Assembly: GCA_946538615.1 (NCBI GenBank)
Contig: CAMNGW010000001.1
Coordinates: 5,166-69,165, forward strand
Origin: an uncultured Clostridia bacterium
GTDB taxonomy: Bacteria; Bacillota; Clostridia; Christensenellales; Aristaeellaceae
Direction of reading: 5' to 3'
DNA length: 64,000 nucleotides
Below are positions 45,736-54,391 of the stretch, in pieces. How positions within the stretch are numbered: position 1 is the first letter of the stretch; each line of letters opens with the position of its first letter. Below the pieces are notes generated by a model that was given only the letters and a program-made list of their open reading frames with translations, was not told where the DNA came from and made no database searches. Both the position numbers and the translations under genes were made by a program.

Positions 45736-48700
45736 ATGAAACAGATCACCGGAACCCTTTTGCTGGTATTATTCATGTTCGCCCTGTTCCCTTCTGCCTG
45801 CGCCGAGGATCTGGTCCTCTTTGAAGACGTGTTTTCTTCAGAAGAAGCCTGTACCATGGACGGTCCGTCCACCGATGCACTGACAAAGGGCTATCTGAAA
45901 AATCTCCTTTATCCGGGCACGTCCTCCAGCCGCTCTGCCATGCCTCTTGGCGACAAGCTGACCGGGGTCAATAAAACCCTCTATGATCTGCTGAAATCCG
46001 GCATTGCAGAAATTGCAGCAGGTGACCGGCAGTCCACTCAGTTTGAATTCTACTACAGGGATATTTTTCCCCAGATCTCCTTTACTGAGGCCGAGCTCGG
46101 GACGCCTATCGTTGTCGATAAGGCCATCTCTTCTGCTGCCGTCAGTGCAATGAAAGCCAAAACAACAGCTTTGCTTGATATCGCCTCTGTGGTCCGTGCC
46201 CTGCTCGCAGACTCTCCCTATGAGCTGTACTGGTTCGACAAATCCGGTAAGGGATATACGATTGGAACCTCAGAAAAAATAAGCGCGACTACCAAAGTGC
46301 TCTCTTTTAAACCCGATGTCAGCATGCTTACCATAACCATGAATGTGGTGCAAGCCTATGCTGTGGACTATGACCCCGATCCCGATATCAAAGTCAAAAA
46401 CTCCGTCATGAACACAACCTACGGCAAAAGTGCGGCCCAGGCAGCTGTAAAAGCCCGCGCCATCACCGCTGCCAACGAGGGCAAAAGTGACTATGACCGT
46501 CTCCTTGCCTATAAAAACGCCATCTGTGAGCTGGCAAGCTATAACAACGAGGCGGCAGAAAGCACAGATATGCCCTATGGTGATCCCTGGCAGATGATCT
46601 GGGTCTTTGATGACGATCCCACAACCAAAGTTGTCTGTGAGGGCTATGCCAAAGCCTTCAAATACCTCAATGACCTTTCCCGCAGCTCAGTGAGCACCAT
46701 ACTCGTCTCCGGAACAATGATCGGTGCCACGGGTGAAGGTCCACATATGTGGAATGTTGTCACCATGGATGATAACCTCCGCTATCTTGTGGACATCACC
46801 AACTCGGATATCGGCACGGTCGGCTATCCGGACCAGCTGTTTCTCGCAGGCTACGATTCCGGTACCTTGAGCAGTGGTTATATTCTCACCCCTAACGGCA
46901 ACGCTACCCTGTACGGCTATGATTATGAAACCCTCATGCTCTTTTCCGAGGATGAGCTGACCCTGTCAGACAAAGACTATATGGAAAACCTTGACCTGCC
47001 CCGTCTGCAGGCTGAGGACAGGACAGTCGTCATCCTTCCCGAAGTCACAGAGCATCTCAGGCCCACCGGAGCAGAATTCTCCTTCCATCTGGAAAACTAT
47101 GATCCTGAGAACAGCCAGGATACGCCTGAATATTCCCTCCGCCATATCTCCGGCCCTGAGCTGAACCCTGAATTGTCCGTCTCAGACGATCATACGTATG
47201 GAACAGCCACAATCCCCTATGAGAACCAGCCCAAGGAAAGCAGCGTTTCAGTCTATGAGATTCGCTGTACGCTTGGAAATACTGTATACCGGAAGACATG
47301 TGCCATCACTTTCACCGAGGATGCCATGCCCACCGGCAGCACGCTTCCCGATCCCATTGAGCTCCAGATGGGACAGACTTCACAGATCACCGTTTCCTTC
47401 ACGCCTTCCGAAGGCTGGTGGGAGCAGGCTGCAGATCCTGACATCCTCTTTGATATGAGCCCTGAAGCTTTCGGGGACGCCTTTACCTATGAGGTCGACC
47501 GGGAAAACGTCGCGCCTAACGCGGTCCCCGTCACCCTTATCCCTCAAAAACCCGGTTTCTATCTGGGTTGGGCCGGTCCTGTCTTTAACGGCATCCAGTA
47601 CAGGGACCTAGTCGAAGTCATTGTCCTGGATGAAAACGGGAACCTCCCTCAAGTCACGCCGGAATTTGACGAGATAGCACCCTGCAGTTACGCGGTGGTT
47701 CCCGAAAATGATGACCATTTATCCGCAGACGGATGGCTCTTCTCTTTCAGCCTCTCCAATGCTGAGCTGCTCCGCAAGCGTTACGGGAGCGTGCCTGTCT
47801 TCACCGTTGAGCCCCTGTCCGGTCTTCCCTTTGATATTGATGTCCATTTTTATGAGGACCTCTACAGCGGATATGTGACAACGGACCGCAAGCCTTCTCA
47901 GCCCTGCACAGCGGAATTCCTGGTAACGGCCAGCTTTGGCGATGTATCTTCAAGCACAACGGCCTCTGTCACCTTCCGCGAAGATGTTTTGCCCACCGGC
48001 GTTGCTGTCCCGGATGTGATTGAACTGCAGCTTGGCCAGGCATATACATGTACAGCTGGCTTTGAACCTGAAGAGGGATGGTGGACAGACCCGGAATATG
48101 GCACAGCCATATGGTTCGACGGGAATTACCAGGACTATGTGGAAATCCAGATCACCCAGCCCGATCAGACCCACACCGGAAGTGCAGTTCTGACCCCTCT
48201 GCAGGCCGGCATCTCTCAGGCCTGTGTGCACGTGTCCACACAGGGCGTGACATACAGCAAGTTTGTCGCCATTTGCATTGCCGATGAAAGCGGCAACGTT
48301 CCCATGCCTGAACCTGAGTTTGAATCTGTCAGCGAACAGCGCTATGTCATCATTCCTCAGGACCATGCCAGTATCAGCGCAGATCCTCATCTGTTCTCTT
48401 TCCACCTTGCCAATTACGATATCCTTGCACCCTTCTATGAAGGAGACCCCGTTTTTACTGTAACATCCTCCCCGGACCTCACCTTTGATTATCATGTCCA
48501 GACCTGGGAAAGCGGCGGTGAAGCTGATGCCGTTGCAAAGCCTGACGCACCCTGCACAGCTGAATTTACGGTCGCTGTCGATTGGGACGGACATCAGGCA
48601 AGCACTGCAGTTTCTGTTTCATTCACCGAAGGTCCGCTGCCCACCGGGGTCGCCATACCCGATAACGTTCATCTGCAGGTGGGACAGGAAAGTGTATTTT

Positions 48701-49869
48701 CACCGGTGTTTGAGCCTTCAGATGGATGGTGGAACCAGACGGACTATACGCGCTCCCTCTGGATCGACGGCGATATAGGGTCTTTTGCCCTGCTTGAAGA
48801 GAACTTTGACGGTACAGTCAACGGAAATACCATTTCCGTGATGCCCAGTGAAGCCGGGATCTGCAGCGCACACGTTGTGGCCGCGGTACATGGCCTTATC
48901 TTTGAAAAGGATATCCGGGTCTTTATCGCCGACGCGGACGGATACGTCCCGATGCCCTCCCCGGAACTGGAGGTACACGCTGAGCAGCATTATGCTGTCC
49001 CTGCCACTTCGGAACGCCTGCGTGATTCCTCCACCCTTTTCACCTTCTCTGTTGCCAATGCCGGCCTGCTCAAAGAGGCCTGCGCACAAAGCCCTGTCTT
49101 TACTGCTCTTCAGACAGGGGGCGATGCCCTTTCCTTCGAGGTGGTCCTTTGGGAAGATGACCCATGTGGAGGCTACGTCAGGGCCCTACAGCCTGTCACC
49201 TCTCCTTCCTCCTGTCGCTTTGAATTGACCTGTACCTGGGGCAAAGAATCTGCAACGGTTCCCTGCACGGTTGACTATATCCTGGACACGCTGCCATCGG
49301 ATCTCACTGTACCTGATCTGGTCACCGTCAGCCTCTCTGACGGAGGACTTGATCTGACCCCCGGTTTCCTGCCGGAAAATGGTCCCTGGTCCAGCAGTAT
49401 GGCGGATGCCGGCATAGCGGTCCGTGGAGCCGACGAATACTTTGATATCTCAGAAAACTGTAGCTCTCAGCCCATGCATCTGGTCCTGACCCCCAAAAAA
49501 GCCGGCATTGTCACCGGAACTGTTGAAGTTTCCTGCGGCACGCTGACGTACTCCAAGCCTGTCCTGTTCAAAATCACAGACAGTTCGGGCGCGCTGCCGC
49601 ACCTCACGCTGCCCGATGGCCTTACTGCCATTGAGGATGAGGCTTTTCTGGGCACCGCGTCCCCCTACATCATTCTGCCCAGGAGCTGCACCACAATCGG
49701 TGCCCGGGCCTTTGCCGGGAGTGGAGAAATTGTCGTGGAGATTCCGGGCGATCCCGGACAGATCGCCGAGGATGCCTTTGAAGGTCACAGCCACGTCACG
49801 TTTATCACGAATTCTCCTGCTGCGGTTGCCTATGCACAGAGCCATGCATTCCTCCTCATCGCACCCTGA
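45736..49869 (+). CDS. Giant secreted protein: transglutaminase-like Cys-His-Asp core, four ~216-aa tandem modules, C-terminal LRR tail
   Basis: 1377 aa from the ATG at 45736, with RBS GGAGG. The signal peptide is MKQITGTLLLVLFMFALFPSACA. The putative triad is C301 (VCEGYAKAF, 46636-46638), H337 (GPHMWNVV, 46744-46746) and D353 (YLVDITNSD, 46792-46794). Confidence 0.8.
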   Translation: MKQITGTLLLVLFMFALFPSACAEDLVLFEDVFSSEEACTMDGPSTDALTKGYLKNLLYPGTSSSRSAMPLGDKLTGVNKTLYDLLKSGIAEIAAGDRQSTQFEFYYRDIFPQISFTEAELGTPIVVDKAISSAAVSAMKAKTTALLDIASVVRALLADSPYELYWFDKSGKGYTIGTSEKISATTKVLSFKPDVSMLTITMNVVQAYAVDYDPDPDIKVKNSVMNTTYGKSAAQAAVKARAITAANEGKSDYDRLLAYKNAICELASYNNEAAESTDMPYGDPWQMIWVFDDDPTTKVVCEGYAKAFKYLNDLSRSSVSTILVSGTMIGATGEGPHMWNVVTMDDNLRYLVDITNSDIGTVGYPDQLFLAGYDSGTLSSGYILTPNGNATLYGYDYETLMLFSEDELTLSDKDYMENLDLPRLQAEDRTVVILPEVTEHLRPTGAEFSFHLENYDPENSQDTPEYSLRHISGPELNPELSVSDDHTYGTATIPYENQPKESSVSVYEIRCTLGNTVYRKTCAITFTEDAMPTGSTLPDPIELQMGQTSQITVSFTPSEGWWEQAADPDILFDMSPEAFGDAFTYEVDRENVAPNAVPVTLIPQKPGFYLGWAGPVFNGIQYRDLVEVIVLDENGNLPQVTPEFDEIAPCSYAVVPENDDHLSADGWLFSFSLSNAELLRKRYGSVPVFTVEPLSGLPFDIDVHFYEDLYSGYVTTDRKPSQPCTAEFLVTASFGDVSSSTTASVTFREDVLPTGVAVPDVIELQLGQAYTCTAGFEPEEGWWTDPEYGTAIWFDGNYQDYVEIQITQPDQTHTGSAVLTPLQAGISQACVHVSTQGVTYSKFVAICIADESGNVPMPEPEFESVSEQRYVIIPQDHASISADPHLFSFHLANYDILAPFYEGDPVFTVTSSPDLTFDYHVQTWESGGEADAVAKPDAPCTAEFTVAVDWDGHQASTAVSVSFTEGPLPTGVAIPDNVHLQVGQESVFSPVFEPSDGWWNQTDYTRSLWIDGDIGSFALLEENFDGTVNGNTISVMPSEAGICSAHVVAAVHGLIFEKDIRVFIADADGYVPMPSPELEVHAEQHYAVPATSERLRDSSTLFTFSVANAGLLKEACAQSPVFTALQTGGDALSFEVVLWEDDPCGGYVRALQPVTSPSSCRFELTCTWGKESATVPCTVDYILDTLPSDLTVPDLVTVSLSDGGLDLTPGFLPENGPWSSSMADAGIAVRGADEYFDISENCSSQPMHLVLTPKKAGIVTGTVEVSCGTLTYSKPVLFKITDSSGALPHLTLPDGLTAIEDEAFLGTASPYIILPRSCTTIGARAFAGSGEIVVEIPGDPGQIAEDAFEGHSHVTFITNSPAAVAYAQSHAFLLIAP
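46996..49590 (+). repeat. Four tandem ~216-aa protein-coding modules
   Basis: Recurring landmarks are ...LFSF.L.N......PVFTV.... C(T/R)AEF.V ... (V/I)(T/S)F(T/R)E..LPTGV.(V/I)PD...LQ.GQ......FEP..GWW ... I.D..G(N/Y)(L/V)P.P.PE(F/L). The fourth module is the most divergent. Confidence 0.75.
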
Positions 49870-49895
49870 GTCCGGCTCTGTCCCGCTTTGTCTTC

Positions 49896-49932
49896 ACAAG
49901 TCCCTGTGCTATACCCACAGGGACTTGTTTTT
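49896..49932 (+). terminator. Rho-independent terminator of the 1377-aa gene
   Basis: Stem caagtccctgtg / cacagggacttg with a 7-nt loop, followed by ttttt. Confidence 0.75.
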
Positions 49933-50186
49933 AACAGGCATCCCTTCCATACCCGCTGACTCTGAAGTGTTCCGGCCCGGGCATTTTCGCCTTCATCAGA
50001 CTGGTTGCTCTGTCCTGCAGCTTTCCCATAAGCAGAAACTACGGACCTGACTGACAGCAGACAGCATGCCACTCAGGTCCGCAGCGCAAATGACCGCTGA
50101 AAAGCGTGATGGGGCCATTTCCGTAGCGTCTGCGTTGTTTTCAATTTGTTCCTTTTAACCATCTGCTTTCCCTGTGCCCACTTTTT

Positions 50187-50195
50187 TGCTATAAT
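50187..50195 (+). promoter_or_regulatory. Putative extended -10 promoter (TGcTATAAT) upstream of the ECF S-component/coaX operon
   Basis: TGcTATAAT lies at 50187-50195. This implies a ~100-nt leader before the ATG at 50305. Confidence 0.4.
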
Positions 50196-50304
50196 CCCTG
50201 CGCATCCCTGCGTCTGGCCGGAAGCCGCCGCTCCGGACCCTGCAAGGCAACGGGACAGCTTATTATGATCGTAGGGTATCTTCAGAACCCGAACGGAGGT
50301 TATT

Positions 50305-50901
50305 ATGTCCAAATCTTATCGCCGTACCTTCCCCCTTACACTGCTTTCTCTGCTCATCGCCCTGCTTGTCGTACTGGCCCTTGTCAATATCCCTCAGCCA
50401 GCCGGCCTTTCCATCACCTTTAACATGATTCCTGTTGCTGTTGCCGCCGTTGCCCTGGGTGTGCCGGGCGGCATGATCATAGGCGGAGCTTTCGGGCTGA
50501 TCAGCTTTCTGCAGTGTTTTGGCATTATTGGTTACAGCGCCATGGGCGCCGCACTTGTCAACATTTCCCCTGTGCTGATGTTCATGCAGCGCTTCGTCTC
50601 ACGCCTTCTGGTGGGTCTTCTCACGGCACTGTTTTACCGCATGGTCAGCAAAAAGCTGAATGATAAACTGGCCTTTACGCTTACAGGTTTCTGTGCGGCC
50701 TTTCTCAATACGCTCCTTTTCATGCTCAGCCTTGTCGTACTCTTTGGACATACCGAATATATGCAAGGCCTGATTGCCGGCCGCAGTGTCATCACCTTCA
50801 TCATTGCTTCCGTGGGCATTAATGCCGTGATTGAGATGATTGTTTCAGCCCTGGTGACCGGCGCTGTATGTATCGCTCTGAAAAAAGCACGTCTCATCTG
50901 A
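50305..50901 (+). CDS. ECF transporter S component (predicted pantothenate-specific, PanT-like, by context)
   Basis: 198 aa with about six hydrophobic helices and no other domains. The RBS is GGAGG. A type III pantothenate kinase gene follows immediately. Confidence 0.7.
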   Translation: MSKSYRRTFPLTLLSLLIALLVVLALVNIPQPAGLSITFNMIPVAVAAVALGVPGGMIIGGAFGLISFLQCFGIIGYSAMGAALVNISPVLMFMQRFVSRLLVGLLTALFYRMVSKKLNDKLAFTLTGFCAAFLNTLLFMLSLVVLFGHTEYMQGLIAGRSVITFIIASVGINAVIEMIVSALVTGAVCIALKKARLI

Positions 50902-50931
50902 TACCGCATACCAGCAAGGAGAATCCCCTCT

Positions 50932-51699
50932 ATGATTTATACCATGGACATTGGCAATACCAATATCAAAACAGCACTTTTTGACGGTGACGAGATGCGC
51001 GGCTATTGGCGGATTTCCACCAACAAGATGTACACGTCCGATGAATACGGCATGCTGATCTCAAACCTTTTCCTTCACAAAGGTTTTTCAATCGAGGATG
51101 CTGAGGGCATCATCATTTCCAGTGTTGTGCCCACCATCAACTTCACGATTGAACACATGTGCCAGAATTATTTCAAGAAGACGCCCATGTTTGTTGTGCC
51201 CGGGATCCGGACAGGCATCAACATCCGCTATGAAAATCCCCGCGAACTGGGCAGTGACCGTATTGCCAATGCCGTCGCTGCTATTGAAGGGTACGGGGCG
51301 CCGGTCATCACCATTGACTTCGGTACAGCCACCACCTTCGGTGTGGTCGATGAGGGCGGCGCCTTCCTGGGCGGTGCCATCTGTCCGGGTATCAAACTTG
51401 CCAGTGAAGCGCTTGGCAGCGGTACAGCCAAGCTCCCAAGGTTCGAGCTGGCCAAACCCGACCATGTCATAGGGCGCACAACCCTCGCCAACCTTCAGTC
51501 CGGCATGTTCTATGGTTACGTAGGACTTGTACAGAATGTAATTTATAAAATCAAACAGGAATTGGGAAAGTCCGCAACTGTTGTGGCCACCGGCGGCATG
51601 GCCCAGATGATTGCGGACGAAACCAATGCCATTGACCACGTGGACGGTTCCCTGACGCTTAAAGGACTGCGCCTCATTTATGAGCGCAATGTCATATGA
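50932..51699 (+). CDS. coaX: Type III pantothenate kinase
   Basis: 255 aa. Motifs are MDIGNTNIK, GSDR and ITIDFGTATT. Confidence 0.9.
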   Translation: MIYTMDIGNTNIKTALFDGDEMRGYWRISTNKMYTSDEYGMLISNLFLHKGFSIEDAEGIIISSVVPTINFTIEHMCQNYFKKTPMFVVPGIRTGINIRYENPRELGSDRIANAVAAIEGYGAPVITIDFGTATTFGVVDEGGAFLGGAICPGIKLASEALGSGTAKLPRFELAKPDHVIGRTTLANLQSGMFYGYVGLVQNVIYKIKQELGKSATVVATGGMAQMIADETNAIDHVDGSLTLKGLRLIYERNVI

Positions 51700-51763
51700 A
51701 AGACGCCGGCAGCATATACTGCCGGCTTTTATCCATCATGTCTCCAGGAAATGAGGTGACAGA

Positions 51764-53449
51764 TTGACAAAGCGTATTCTCAGACTTCTTGCCCTTTTCT
51801 GTTTTATTCCCCTTCTTGCCTTTTCAGACAGCGTATGGCTTCAGGCGGAAGCCGTCCTTCCCATCGGGTCAGAGATCACCCTTGCCTTTGCCTGCGACAC
51901 AGAAAGTGCACTGGTTTACCTGACAACCGAGGAAGGGATAGCGCTTGCCACACTGCCCTGTGCTGTCAAAGACGGGAAAGGCACCGTCACCCTCAAGGAC
52001 CTGGACCTTGCAGAGGGCCAATACCGGCTCTTCCTGGTCTGCGGCTCTTCAACATCCCCGCTTTCCCTTGAGGTACGCAGCGCCCTGCCGGAGATCCTCA
52101 CCGTGGACGCACCTTCAGTCTTTGATGAAAACTGGTCTGCCCACGCCAGTGTCAATACAGGCGGTACCCTGATCATATCTCTCCCTGGCGGTACAGAAAT
52201 CGGCCGTATGTCCGTAAGCCCGGGGGAAAACCGGGTCACCCTCAGCGCAGGCGTTCTTCCTGCCGGCCACCATTTTCTGGACTTCAGGCTCATTGATGCA
52301 TTCGGGAACCTTTCCGACGCCTTTGAACTTGAGCTTGACGTGCCTCAGCCCCCGGCACCCCATCCCGTACAGGACGTGGTGTTCCATACGCCCAATGAAC
52401 TCGCAGGGACTTCCTGCCAGCACGAGAACTGCTCATGGAACCTGCAGATGGGCAACCTGAATAATACAGACGCGATCTGGCAGGCGCTCATTACCCCTAT
52501 GACCGTCATCGAAGGCAGTGAGCGCCATCAGTACAAGGTCCGCAAAGAGCCACGGATGGATTGCCAGGAATACACAGGTGAGGTCACCTGTGCCAGCCAG
52601 GGTGTGCACATCCTTGAGAGAGGTGATGAATGGACACTCATTGAAGCCTATTCTTCATCGGTAGAAGGCAGCCGGGTCGCGGTCTTCTCCTCCTGCTTTA
52701 CCGGCTATGTGGAGACAAGCAAGCTGAGAGAACAGAAAGTGTCCCAGCATGTCGGTCTTGTCATTGATAAGCTGCAGCAAAGGATCTTTGTGTTCAAGGA
52801 CGGCGAAATGATCTCCACCCTCCTGTGTTCCACGGGGTTTGCCCGTTCCGACACACCTTTTAATGAGACCCCGGCCGGTGAATTTTATGCCATTTCCCAC
52901 ACAGGCGGCTTCTGGGCAGGGACCCTTTACTGCGACATGGGCATCCGCATCAACGACGGCATTCTCCTCCATGAAGTCCCCTGCACCATCACAGAGGAAG
53001 AGGACGGGACAAAGACCCGCCACCATGAAAAAAGTGAATCGTACCTGGGTGAAAAAGCCTCCCACGGCTGTATCCGTATCCAGCGGGCAAGCGGGGTCAA
53101 TAACGTCAGCATCAAATGGCTCTGGGACAATCTGCCAAGAACGGGAGACCGTGCCAAGGTGATCATCTGGGAAGACTCGGACCGCGTGCTGGGCCCCGCT
53201 TCGGATGATTTTGTCCTCTACTACAATCCCGACAATGGTCGGCAGTACCATTCCGATCCCCAGTGTCCGCAGGTCAATGCACGTTTCTATCCGCTTAAGG
53301 CATTCACTTACGGTGAGCTTGAAAATGCGCCTTATGCTTCCCTGAGGGTATGTCCCGGCTGCTGTCCGCAGCTCCGTCTCAGTGCAATTGACACCGCCAA
53401 CAGCAAAAATCACGGCCATGCCTATGATCTGATCCGAAACGGTCACTGA
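51764..53449 (+). CDS. Secreted L,D-transpeptidase (YkuD domain) with N-terminal Ig-like region, SH3-like segment and C-terminal Cys-rich motif
   Basis: 561 aa from a TTG start, with RBS GAGGTG. A signal peptide is present. The YkuD catalytic motif is SHGCIRI. The C-terminal motif is YHSDPQCP...(33)...CPGCCP. Confidence 0.8.
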   Translation: MTKRILRLLALFCFIPLLAFSDSVWLQAEAVLPIGSEITLAFACDTESALVYLTTEEGIALATLPCAVKDGKGTVTLKDLDLAEGQYRLFLVCGSSTSPLSLEVRSALPEILTVDAPSVFDENWSAHASVNTGGTLIISLPGGTEIGRMSVSPGENRVTLSAGVLPAGHHFLDFRLIDAFGNLSDAFELELDVPQPPAPHPVQDVVFHTPNELAGTSCQHENCSWNLQMGNLNNTDAIWQALITPMTVIEGSERHQYKVRKEPRMDCQEYTGEVTCASQGVHILERGDEWTLIEAYSSSVEGSRVAVFSSCFTGYVETSKLREQKVSQHVGLVIDKLQQRIFVFKDGEMISTLLCSTGFARSDTPFNETPAGEFYAISHTGGFWAGTLYCDMGIRINDGILLHEVPCTITEEEDGTKTRHHEKSESYLGEKASHGCIRIQRASGVNNVSIKWLWDNLPRTGDRAKVIIWEDSDRVLGPASDDFVLYYNPDNGRQYHSDPQCPQVNARFYPLKAFTYGELENAPYASLRVCPGCCPQLRLSAIDTANSKNHGHAYDLIRNGH

Positions 53450-53455
53450 TACAAA

Positions 53456-53510
53456 AAGAAGCCTTCCGTTCCAAAGCCCTGCTGCGGGCCTGGGAACCGG
53501 AAGGCTTCTT
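53456..53510. terminator. Bidirectional hairpin between convergent genes
   Basis: Arms aagaagccttccgttcc (53456-53472) and ggaaccggaaggcttctt (53493-53510) pair with a one-nt bulge around a 20-nt loop. Confidence 0.55.
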
Positions 53511-53589
53511 CATTATGCAGACGGTTCCAGAAAATGCATCTGTCGGCCGCTGCGCGGGGCACCGGACAGTTTTCTTCCGGCATCATCCC

Positions 53590-53871
53590 TCACTTTATGA
53601 TCTGGACCTTTCCTGTCCCGGGAAAGATCTCCTCTCTCCCAAGCAGGACACAGAGAACGCCCCATACCATCAGGACAGCTGTTATGATTTTCAGCACAAG
53701 CCCAAGAAATCCGCCAAACAGACCCGCTGCCAGAGCCACAATATTGACAAGGATCGCCGAATTCAGGTGCGTGGTCATAAAGCGGTCCGTCCTGTCCCGC
53801 ACAAGCAGTGCAAAGAACAGGCCATACCATGTGATATAGCTTACTGCCGTTATGATCTTATTCCACAGCAT
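53590..53871 (-). CDS. Small integral membrane protein (three hydrophobic helices), function unknown
   Basis: 93 aa from the ATG at 53871, with RBS AAGAGGTG 6 nt upstream. The tracked ORF extends to 53934. Confidence 0.5.
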   Translation of the reverse strand: MLWNKIITAVSYITWYGLFFALLVRDRTDRFMTTHLNSAILVNIVALAAGLFGGFLGLVLKIITAVLMVWGVLCVLLGREEIFPGTGKVQIIK

Positions 53872-54084
53872 ACCTTCACCTCTTTCTGGCACCATCTTAC
53901 CACTTCTTATCCGTTTGTCCAGCAGAAGGTTCATGTGCTGCCCTCATTTCCAGTCGTCCCCGTGCAGTTCTGCCCTGTCTGAAAACAGTTCCTTCACCCC
54001 CGGATCCGGGCTAGCACGTAAAACGGCGTTTTCCCCGGACCTTCCGGGACCTGCCCGTCCGCCTGGCATCTGTACATTTTCCCG

Positions 54085-54113
54085 TTGACATCTCTCTTCT
54101 GGCGTGCTAGGAT
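54085..54113 (+). promoter_or_regulatory. Putative promoter of the thrS leader
   Basis: TTGACA (54085-54090), a 17-nt spacer, then TAGGAT (54108-54113). Confidence 0.5.
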
Positions 54114-54119
54114 TTCCCT

Positions 54120-54334
54120 GTCTTCCCGGATGAAAGGGAACATGCCCCTGCCCATCATTCTGCAAAGAGAGCAAGCGCCGCGGCTGAAAGCGCCTGACAG
54201 AAGAGACAGGGGATACCATCTCTGGACAGGAAGCGCCTCATGCCCGATATCGCATGATTTGAGTGGTTTTTTAGCAAGCAGGGTGGAACCGCGGATGTTC
54301 AGGCATTCGTCCCGGCGTGGGTGAATGCCTTTTG
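54120..54334 (+). promoter_or_regulatory. T-box riboswitch leader, probable Thr (ACC) specifier
   Basis: The conserved T-box sequence AGGGTGGAACCGCG lies at 54280-54293. The terminator is aggcattc (54301-08) / gaatgcct (54323-30) followed by tttt. Stem I elements are AGAGAG and a GGCTGAAAG distal loop. ACC at 54215-54217, followed by A, sits 3' of the CCCCTG/CAGGGG helix. Confidence 0.8.
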
Positions 54335-54391
54335 TTGTGCGCTCACCCGGTTTTCCTGAAAGAAACAAGTTTATGGAAGAAGGGTATCACA

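Noticed and set aside
29000-50000. Whether the accessory-looking 29-50 kb stretch is a mobile element or prophage.
   Set aside because: I found no integrase, transposase, recombinase, phage structural gene, flanking tRNA or obvious direct repeats. The lower GC is an impression by eye only. I therefore describe it as accessory-looking, not as a mobile element.
50073-50312. 79-aa minus-strand ORF upstream of the ECF S-component gene.
   Set aside because: It overlaps the predicted promoter, leader and start codon of the plus-strand operon. It has no RBS and a basic, low-complexity product.
54196-54207. GAAGAGA segment, which could place a GAG (Glu) codon as the T-box specifier.
   Set aside because: In my hand fold this segment forms the 3' strand of the TTCTG/CAGAA helix and its adjoining internal loop, above the specifier loop. 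ACC-A at 54215-54218 sits in the expected position and matches the downstream thrS. A covariance-model alignment is still needed.
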